Assembly (NCBI RefSeq): GCF_009914755.1
Contig: NC_060928.1
Length of the DNA stretch: 64,000 bases
Origin: the human T2T-CHM13v2.0 reference genome, Homo sapiens
Reading direction: 5' to 3' (one strand)
This document shows, in pieces, positions 28,460 through 39,050 of this stretch; within the stretch, counting starts at the first letter, position 1, and the number at the start of each line of letters is the position of its first letter. The notes under the pieces are model-generated. The model made no database searches and was not told the DNA's origin. It was given only the letters and a program-made list of their open reading frames with translations. The translations under genes were made by a program, and so were the position numbers.

Positions 28460-28940
28460 AAGAGTTTTCTGACAGTTTGAATTCTGAACTAGGAGGAAAT
28501 GACATAACAACACTGGGTGAGTGAGTTTGGGGAAGGGTTAGGAAGTGCTGTTTTTCCAGGCCAATCATTTGGCATTTAGTTGTTGACAGCCTTCTTGGCT
28601 CACTAATTAGAACTGTAAAATTTCAGGTGAGTGACAGTAGCTTAAACACTAATTCTGCTTTTTGCAGCTGCAATCATTGGGAAGCTAATGGTATAATTGA
28701 TGGATGCTGCCAGTTGCTGAAAAGAAGTGGAAATTAATACTTAAATTACCATTGTTAGAGGTCATAATCACATTTTCAGTTGCATCCAAAAGCAGTGCCT
28801 CAAACAATAAAACTGTAATATAATTTTTGGGAGCAAACATGCCATTAGTACCTTGAATGTTGCTTATTATAAATACAGGTATAAATGTGTACATCAAATT
28901 TTACATTTCAATCTGTAATGGATTCAAGTTCTGCCCCATC
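28460..28940. promoter_or_regulatory. Candidate developmental enhancer (TALE/HOX motif cluster)
   Basis: Non-repetitive DNA with TGAGTGACAG (28628-28637), TGATGGATG (28698-28706), TGACAG (28470, 28584), CTAATTAG (28603) and many TAAT. Motif evidence only. Confidence 0.35.
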
Positions 28941-29434
28941 CCCCAACTAACAGCCCTTAAAGAATAACAAAGAAAACTAAGATTTATCTAAACAGATAAA
29001 TCCTCTGTAATAAAATATTTTTTCCACAAAAGGCTTCAGTTTCATCTTGGACCTCTTATAATTGTTGAACACATCTGCTTAGTTTTAAAATAATATATGC
29101 TTCACCATGGATTAAAGGAATTAAAACTTTTGGAAACCCATTTATGATGGAGCATAACCAGCTAATTGATTTTATAGTGGTAAAATGGACTTGAGCTCTT
29201 GAAATGGGATGCTATTGTGGTGATCAAGGATTTCTGAAATGATAGAACATCACAGTATTTATTTTTAAAACAATGTTTATGTCATATTCATCCTGTTCTA
29301 GTGAATGCAATTGAGACTATAGAAGTAGTGGCATTATTTTTTTTCTTCTGGTTTCCTTCATACACTTCTGTCCATTTCTTTTTGGTTTTCTTCATAGGCA
29401 TGAAGAAAAAGTCATGGGCTTGCCTTTATTTTTC

Positions 29435-29560
29435 CTTAATGTGATAATTCCAGATCCTGGCTGCACCTCATAAGTTCTGATTTAAGTGGTCTGAGGGTAT
29501 CCTTGGCATAAGTATCTTTTCATTTGATTCTAATGTGCAGCCGGTGTTGAGAATCAGTAT
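29435..29560. mobile_element. MER5A-like hAT-Charlie fragment
   Basis: TCTGATTTAAGTGGTCTGAGG..TGATTCTAATGTGCAGCCGGTGTTGAGAATCAGT. Confidence 0.7.
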
Positions 29561-29564
29561 TTTA

Positions 29565-30570
29565 CACTGTCTCCTTGGGTAGTTCATTCACTCTCATAAT
29601 TTGAACGACTATCTTGATGACTCCCAAATGTGTATCATCAGCTCTAATTTTACCTGAGCTTTATGTTTGAAGGTGCAGATGCATGCTTGTCATCTCTCCT
29701 TGGATGACCTCAACATGCCAGTACTGAACTCATCAACCACCAAGTGTCCTCCACCTGTTTTTTGTTCTATGTTTACTTTCTAGAATCTTGGAAATATTCT
29801 TTTGTTTCCTTTGTCTCTCCAACTATTCAACAGTCTTGGCAATTTATCTTCTAAATGTTTCTCAAGTCTTTTCCTTTACGCTTACCTGAACTACCTTTGT
29901 TTAGTTACAATGTTACCGAATTGGCTTTTGTGACAATTTCAACATATTTTCCTTGTTCAGATCCTCTTCCCCACTAATAAAACCCACCCTATCTATCTGG
30001 GATGATCAATTTAAAACACCTGTTTAGCCACATCACTCACAGTCAAAATTCTTCAATGGCTTTTTATCATTTACTGGATCAGGCCCAAGCTTCTTAGCAA
30101 AGTTAGTTAAGGTAATTTCACCACTGGTTTATGTCTCTTTTCTCATTACTTGATTCTACATGATTCGTACTTTAGGATAGAGGATAAGGAACTACTTACG
30201 GTTGTCCCTAAACATGAAGTTCTCCTAATTCTTCATGCTTTTGTTCATATTATTTCGTCTAAAATTACCTTTACTTTTTCATAAAACATTTAACTTCTAA
30301 TCATCCCTTACTACTTTATATCACCTCCTACTAAAAGGCTTCTCTGACTTGCCAGACTTGAATAAATGTCCCTCTGTCCTCTCCTAGCACTTTTGGAATT
30401 CCCTTGTAGTAGAATTAGCCTTGTTAAAGTGAAATAATTTACTTACTTATCTGCCTCTCCACTAAAATGTAAGCAGGAGCTGTGTCTTACCATCTTCATA
30501 TCCTCAGTGCCTACCTCGAGCTCTGTCAGAAACTTAGTAGGCTTTAATTGCACACTTTTTGAATGAGATG
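29565..30570 (+). mobile_element. L2 3' region (~1 kb)
   Basis: TGATGACTCCCAAATGTGTATC..CATCTCTCCTTGGATG..TCCTCAGTGCCTA..TTTTTGAATGA. Confidence 0.8.
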
Positions 30571-30609
30571 ATTGCTGACAGCACCACGAAATCAACGTGT
30601 ATCCTTTAG

Positions 30610-30954
<345 letters not shown>

Positions 30955-31758
30955 CATAATTTTTTATGATCATTTCTCTTGAGACATTTCAGAAGGCATC
31001 AGGCAGCATTAACAAGAAACATCAGCTTGTTTTCACAGGTGCACGTTTTTATTTGATACTGCCTTTAAAACATTCCTAGTGATTTTATGTGTGAAGCTTT
31101 CCTTATCTAATGCCTAATTGCATTCTATGCTCTTTGCACAGTGAATTCTTGATTATCCATGGTCATGGTAGAAAGGGAGAGCGTGGATAATCTAAAAATC
31201 TCATTTGCATCAACTGCCTCTCTCACCAAATCTTTTGCCAGAGATAGTAATGAGTGTATCAAAGCTAGTGGAAGTACAAATGAGCTGTGAAATGGCAAAA
31301 ACACGTGTTGCCAAATGAAAAGCTCTGAATAATACACATCTGGATAGTCAGTTACAGAATAACAGAATTAACTATATTTTAAAACTAGGAACTTAGTGTT
31401 TATGATTGATGACAAAGAAGACTGACGTCTCCTGCTCTGTTATCAGGACTCATTTTACCCATGGACAAAGTAAATGATTGTATACATGCTATTGTTTCAG
31501 GTGTGCTGGGTAGGTCTGGCTATCCTTAAACCCTATGAACATATACTTTTTATTCTGATCACATCGACTTTTAGGAAACATATTTCATTCTCAGGTTTGG
31601 AGGACAGTTACAAGGCAGGTGAGTCAATGTAAGCATTATTTCTGTAGTCATTTACCAAATGGCTATCTCATCTTAGTGGAGTTGATAAGGTCAGTTGGAA
31701 CCTCCAGAGTGCCCTGGATGTACCTGGAGTTTTTAATACCCATATAGTTTAAAAACTA

Positions 31759-31873
31759 CAGTAAAACCCACATATGTATATTTGTAGTAAGACCTACATA
31801 TGTATATTTGTAGTAAAACCCACATCTGTATATTTGTAGTAAAACCCACATATGTATATTTGAAACCCATATG
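31759..31873. repeat. Minisatellite, 26-bp unit x4 plus partial copy
   Basis: Unit TAGTAAAACCCACATATGTATATTTG at 31759, 31785, 31811 and 31837. Confidence 0.95.
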
Positions 31874-31925
31874 CTGAAATTGGTGGAGATGTCAAAAACC
31901 TTATAGCTTTACAGGGCATACTCTA

Positions 31926-31964
31926 TATATTAGATATTAGAGTTATAGAACCAATGGGATGTGA

Positions 31965-31997
<33 letters not shown>

Positions 31998-32389
31998 TCA
32001 TATAGGGATATATATATTTATATATGTGTGTGTATATACAAAGTGACTTATTTTAAGTAATTGGCTCACACCATTATAGAGGCTGGCAAGTCTGAAATCT
32101 GCAGGATGGACCAGCAGGCTGGAGACCCAGGAAGAGGGTCTTCATGCTGTGTCTACAGGCACAATTAATTCTCCTTGCTCAGGGAGGTCAGCCTTTTGTT
32201 CAGTTAAGGCCTTCAGTAGATTGGATGCAGCCCATTCTAATTATGAAGGGCAATCTTCTTTACTCAGAGTTCACCAATTTAAATGTTAATTTCATCCCAA
32301 AACACCCTCACACAAACAACCAGAATAATGTTTGACCACATATCTGGGCACTGTGGACCAGACAGCTTGACGTAAAATTCACTATCGTA
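31926..32389 (-). mobile_element. MLT2 (ERVL) solo LTR with internal (TG)n(TA)n
   Basis: ATTGGCTCACACCATTATAGAGGCTGGCAAGTC..CCAGAATAATGTTTGACCA.ATATCTGGGCAC. Confidence 0.88.
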
Positions 32390-33119
32390 CATCTGTTAGA
32401 TGATAAAAGAAGCCCAAGAAAGTTAAATAACTTGCCTGAGCTTCTGGTAATTGAGCTCAGACTTGTATCCAAATCTTCTTATTTCTTAATTGATGTCTTC
32501 TGCCACAGACTACTGATTTTTCACAACTGTGGTAATGAGAAGAAAAAGAATTTAGCTCAGAAATAAATGGCTCAGAATTAAATACAGATAGTGTTTCATT
32601 TTAAAAAGTCTATTGAACAGGACTCACGACATTTCAGAATGTCTAGTGCACATTATCCCTGACTAAATTGACAGTAGTAGATTCCTATTTTTTTAAATGA
32701 CAGTTATATTGAAATATGTCACATACCATAAACATCACCATTTTATTGTTTTTTATTTTTTAGTTTTTATTTCCATAGGTTTTTGGGGAACAGTTGGCAT
32801 TTCGTTATATGAGTAAGTTCTTTAGCGGTGATTTGTGAGATTTTGTTGCACCCATTACCCAAGCAGTATACACTGAACCCAATTTGTAGTCTTTTATCTC
32901 TCACCCCCTCCCACCTTTTCCCCTAAGTCCCCAAAGTCCATTGTATCATTCTGATGCCTTTGCATCCTCATAGCTTAGCTCCCACTTATGAGTGAGAACA
33001 TATAATGTTTGGTTTTCCATTCTTGAATTACTGAACTTGGAATATTAGCCTCCAGTTCCATCCAGGTTGCTGCCAATGCAATTAATTTGTTCCTTTTTAT
33101 GGCTGAGTGGCATTCCATC

Positions 33120-33285
33120 ATATACATATGATGGAATATATATATACACACATATATATGTATGTATATATACATATATGTATATGCATGTATATATACA
33201 CATGTACACATATGTATATGTATGTATATATACATATATACATGTGTGTGTATATACACACATATATATACACATATGTATATAT
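33120..33285. repeat. TA/CA/TG-rich low-complexity tract at the L1PB inversion junction
   Basis: Directly visible; it generates several spurious ORFs. Confidence 0.9.
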
Positions 33286-33553
33286 ACCAAAGCCCTCACC
33301 AAAATTGGCATAAAAGGGACATACCTCGAGCTAATAAAAGCCAGCTATGACAAAACCATAGCCAACATAATACTGAATGGGGAAAAGTTAAAAGCATTCC
33401 CACTGAGAACTGGAACAAGACAAGGATGGCCACTCTCACCACTTGTATTTAACATAGTACTGGAAGTCCTAGCCAGAGCAATCACACAAGAGAAAGAAAC
33501 TAGGGCATCCAAATCGGTAAAGAAGAAGTCAAACTGTTGCTGATTGCTGATGA

Positions 33554-33855
<302 letters not shown>

Positions 33856-34350
33856 TATGATGATAAGATCTTATGCCTCCAAAAAGCTCCTAGAACTGAT
33901 AAATGAATTCAGCAAAGTTTCAGGATACAAAATTAATGTACACAAACCAGTAGCTCTGCTATACACCGATAGCAAATGAGCTGAAAATCAAATCAAGAAC
34001 TCAACCCCTTTTACAATAGGTGCAAAAAACCCCCAAAACTTAACAATATACCTAACTGAGGAAATGAAAGACCTTTACAAGGAAAACTACAAAACACTGC
34101 TGAAAGAAATCATTGACAACACAAACAAATTGAAACACATCCCATGCTCATGGATGGGTAGAATCAATATTGTGAAAATGAACATACTGCCAAAAGCAAT
34201 CTACAAATGCAATGCAATTCCCATTAAAATACCACCATCATTCTTCACAGAACTAAAAAAAAGTCCTAAAATTCATATGGAACCAAAAAAGAGCCTGCAT
34301 AGCCAAAGCAAGACTAAGCAAAAAGAGCAAATGTGGAGGCATCACATTAC

Positions 34351-34353
<3 letters not shown>

Positions 34354-34397
<44 letters not shown>
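34354..34397. repeat. Perfect (AT)~22 microsatellite within L1 ORF2
   Basis: Directly visible. Confidence 0.97.
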
Positions 34398-34400
<3 letters not shown>

Positions 34401-35282
34401 TATAGTCACCAAAACAGCATGGTACTGGTATAAAAATAGGCATGTAGACCAATGGAACAGAATAGAGAGCACAAAATAAGCCCAAATACTTAGAGCAAAC
34501 TGATCCTTGACGAAGCAAACAAAAGCATAAAGTGGAGAAAGCACACCCTATTCAACAAATGGTGCTCAGATGATTGGCAAGTCACATGTAGAAAGAATAC
34601 AAAAGTCAACTCAAGATGGACAAAGGACTTAAATATAAGACCTGAAACCATAAAAATTCTAGAAGACCACATTGGAAAAACCCTTCTAGACATTGGCTTA
34701 GGCAAAGACTTCACGACCAAGAACCCAAAAGCAAATGCAAGAAAAGCAAAGATAAATAGGCTACACTTAATTAAACTAAAGAGCTTCTGCACTGCAAAAG
34801 GAACAGTCAGCGGAGTAAACAGACAACCCACAGAGTGGGAGAAGATCTTTGCAATCTATAGGTCTGGCAAAGCACTAATATGCAGAATCTACAAGGAACT
34901 CAAATTAGCAAGGAAAAAAGCAAACAATCACATCAAAAAGTGGGCTAAGGATATGAATAGACAGTTCCCAAAAGCAGATATACAAATGGTCAACAAATAC
35001 ATGAAAACATGCTCACCATCACCAATGATCAGGGAAATGCAAATCAAAACCACAATTTGATACCACCTCACTCCTGCAAGAATGACCATTAATAAAAAAT
35101 AAAAAATAATAGAGTTGGCTTGGATGCAGTGAAAAAGGACATTTCTACACTGCTGGTGAGAATGTAAACATCACTATTTTAAAGTATACAGTTCAGTGAT
35201 TTTTAATGTATTCACAAACTTGTACAATTACCATGATCTATTTCCAAAACATTTAATCACCCCCCAAAGAAATACTATACTA

Positions 35283-35361
35283 TTAGGTTGGTGAAAAGTA
35301 ATTACAGTTTCCTCCATTTTTAAAAGCAATGGCAAAAACAACTACTTTTGCACCAACCTAA
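35283..35361. mobile_element. MADE1 (Hsmar1-derived MITE)
   Basis: TTAGGTTGGTG.AAAAGTA..TACTTTTGCACCAACCTAA palindrome, 79 bp, with TA on both sides. Confidence 0.92.
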
Positions 35362-35543
35362 TAATTAGAAGTCACTCCCCATTATCCTTCCCTCTGTTCT
35401 TTGAATACCATGAATCTACTTTTTGTTTGTATAAATATACCTTTTCCGGACATTTTATATAAATGGAAATATATAATATGTGCCCTTTCGTGACTGACTC
35501 TTTTCACTTAATATAATGTTTCAAAAATTCATTCATGTTGTAG

Positions 35544-36006
<463 letters not shown>

Positions 36007-36884
36007 TAAACATATGCGTACACATTTTTTATGGACTATTGTTTTCAATTCTTTTGATATATTATTAAGAGTTGAGTTGCTAGGTCCTATGGTAACTTTT
36101 TGAGAAGCTGTCAGACTGTTTTCCACAGCAGCTGCACCATTTTCCACCACCAGTAGTGCATGGGGTACTAATTTCTCCACATGCTCAACACTTGTTATTG
36201 CCTGTCTTTTTTATTACAGCAATGACTGTAGATGTGAAGTTGTATCTAATTGTGGTTTTGATTTGTATTTCCATAATGACTAATGATTTTTTAGTATCTT
36301 TTTATGTGGCTATTAGCTGTTGGTATATCTTTGGAGAAATTTTTATTTAAATCTTTTGCCCATTTTAAAATCGAATTTTTAAACGGTTGAGTTGTGAGAG
36401 TTCTTTATATATTTTGGCAATAAGCCTGTTATCAGATATATATTTGCAAATATTTTTCCCCATTCTATGCACTGTCTTTTCACTTTCTTGATGATGTTCT
36501 TTGAAACATAAAAGTTTTTAATTTTATATATTATTTACATGAAAATTTAAGGAATCCAGAATAGGAAAAAAACACCCTTGAAAAAAATAAATGTGGGTGT
36601 TTAAGTAAATTTGGGATGGTTAAGTCTGATTACTTATTTTTCTTTTTCTGTTTGTGTATTTGGTATCATGTCTAAGAGACCATTGATTAATCCAAGATTA
36701 CAAGGATTTAGGTTTTCTTCCAAGAGCTTTATACTTTTAGCTCTTACATTTATTCTGTGATTCATTTTGAGGGTTTTCTTTTGTCTATGTTGTGAAGTAG
36801 GTATCCAGCTTCATTCTTTTGCAAATTCAGTTGTCTCAGCATTATTTCTTGAAAAGACTATTCTTTCCCATTCCCATTCTTTCC

Positions 36885-36969
36885 CTGTTGCGCAGGCTGG
36901 AGTGCATTGGCACGATCTTGGCTCACTGCAACCTCCACCTCCTGGGTTCAAGCAATTCTTCTGCCTCAG
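36885..36969 (-). mobile_element. Internal Alu right-arm fragment without tail or TSD
   Basis: CTGTTGCGCAGGCTGGAGTGCA..TTCTTCTGCCTCAG embedded in L1 sequence. Confidence 0.9.
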
Positions 36970-37355
36970 AAGAATCCTGGAGCCCTTGTCAAAAGTCTAT
37001 TGATCTTAAGTATAAGGGTTTATTTCTGGATCTAAATTCTATTCCAATTATCTGTATGACTATCCTTGTACCAGTAGCATACTGTTTTGATTACTATAGC
37101 TTTGTAAGAAATTTTGAAGTCAGAAAGTGTGAAACCCCCAAATTTATTTTTTTCCAAGGGTGTTTTTTGCTATTCTGGATTCCTTAAATTTTAATGTAAA
37201 TTTTAGTATCTTCATGTCAATATCCACAAAACAGGAGGTTGAGATATTAATTGGGATTGCATTGAATCTGTGGACCAGGTTGGGAAGTATTTCCATCTTA
37301 GCAATATTGAGTCTCCTAATCCATGTATGTGGGATATCTTTCCTTTTACTTAGTT

Positions 37356-37655
37356 TTTTTTTTTTTTGAGATGGAGTCTTGCTCTGTCGCCCAGGCTGGA
37401 GTGCAGTGGCATGATCTCGGCTCACTGCAACCTCCACCTCCCGGCCTCCCGGGTTCAAGTGATTCTTCTGCCTCAGACTCCTGAGTAGCTGGGACTACTG
37501 GCGCATGCCACCACCCCTGGCTAATTTTTCTATTTTTAGTACAGACAGGGTTTCACCGTATTGGCCAGGCTGGTCTCGAACTCCTGACCTCATGATCTGC
37601 CCACCTCGGCGTCCCAAAGTGCTGGGATTAGAGGCGTGAGCCACCACACCCGGCC
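37356..37655 (-). mobile_element. AluS (Sg-like)
   Basis: Full dimer; TSD tacttagtt (37347-37355, 37656-37664); small internal duplication cctcccgg. Confidence 0.96.
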
Positions 37656-38599
37656 TACTTAGTTCTTCTTTAATTTCATTCCACAGTATTTTGTAGTTTT
37701 TAGTATGCATGTGTTGCACTTCTTTGAGAAACTTATTTCTAAATATTTCATTCTTTTAATGCTATAAGTGGAATTATTTTCTTTATTTTATTTTTACAAT
37801 GTTTATTGCTAGTATGTAGAAATATAACTGATTTTTGTATATTGGTCTTGCATCTTGCCATCTTGCTGAACTTGGCCCCTGTAATTTTGATAACCAGTAA
37901 ATATTCCCATGTATTTCCAAAAGCTTCTAGGTTGGGAAAGGTGGTATTCTGCCTAAGTGAAGAAAGCTTGAGCGTGATCTGAAAGGTAAGTGTTGAATCC
38001 CGGAGAACTAAATAGTTCTGCCTAATAAAAAACTGGGGGTCTTAGAATTGTCAGTGCTTAAAATTGGGATTGATAAGCCTCTTGACATGGAAAAAGAGAC
38101 ATGGATGAAAAGGACACACCTGCAAGAGTGACCCAGCTGCACTCATGGTGATTAGTGAGTACTAAAGAGGAGTGAATTAGAGAGAAATTTTTGTGGTGAG
38201 AATGCCAGAAGAATTGTAAATGGTCTTATGGTGTATTTTTATTTTATGCTGTCCACAAATATCCCATGATTATAACTAATCCTTTAGTCACAGTCTATGG
38301 CACCTTTGTGTATGTTTTACATTTTACAAAAGAAGAAAAAATGTTGTTTCTTAACTGAGTCAACTTGAGATTATATTAATCTGGCATGGCATGGGAATGA
38401 AATACTCTGGTTAATCTTAATCTATTTAAAAGGAGAGACAGCATTATGTTACATAGTCTACCAATATCCAAAGAGCTGGAATACTGTAAAATGTATCTCC
38501 ATTAAGCTTTTCCTAAAGAGGCAACATGGTAGTGTCCATTATAGGAAAGGGAAAGATAAATAGAAGTAAATAGGAAGTATTTTTCATATATTATTATAT

Positions 38600-38775
38600 A
38601 CTAACAACATATGTGTTACATTTATGAAGTAGGAACTGTTATTACCATCATCCCATCTTACAGATAGGGAAACAAACTTCAGAGAAATTTAAACATTATT
38701 TAGAGTAATGCAGCTAATATAAGTGGTAAAACTAAGTCTCTGATTCCAAAGCCCCTCCTATTTCCACCATATTGT
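38600..38775 (-). mobile_element. MIR SINE
   Basis: CCCATCTTACAGATAGGGAAACAAAC..TCTCTGATTCCAAAGCCC. Confidence 0.75.
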
Positions 38776-38854
38776 TGATTTTCAGGACATCTGTGTTGCC
38801 CAAATTCAGGAGTGCTGTTCACACAGAATACAACATGAATGGTGTCTTTTAGAG

Positions 38855-39050
38855 TTGGCAGCACAGCAGCTCTGAAAAGGAAAGAAGACTTGGGTCCTAG
38901 CTATGTGAACTGAGAAAGTCACTTACCTTTCCTGAATGTGCATTTCCGCAGTTGTACAATAGGGATTCTAATATCATCTCTTGACTACTGCGTGAGGCTT
39001 TGCTGTGAACTAGAAGAGATCATGTGAAAGGGCTTCATAAAAACATTAAG
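38855..39050 (+). mobile_element. MIR SINE
   Basis: AGACTTGGGTCCTAG..AAGTCACTTACCTT..GAGATCATGTGAAAGGGCTT. Confidence 0.65.

Noticed and set aside
31759-31873. CRISPR-like array
   Set aside because: The units are contiguous with no unique spacers, and the context is eukaryotic with no cas genes.
32975-33543. Tyr/Ile/His-rich ORFs
   Set aside because: Translations of TA/CA low-complexity sequence fused to L1 ORF2.
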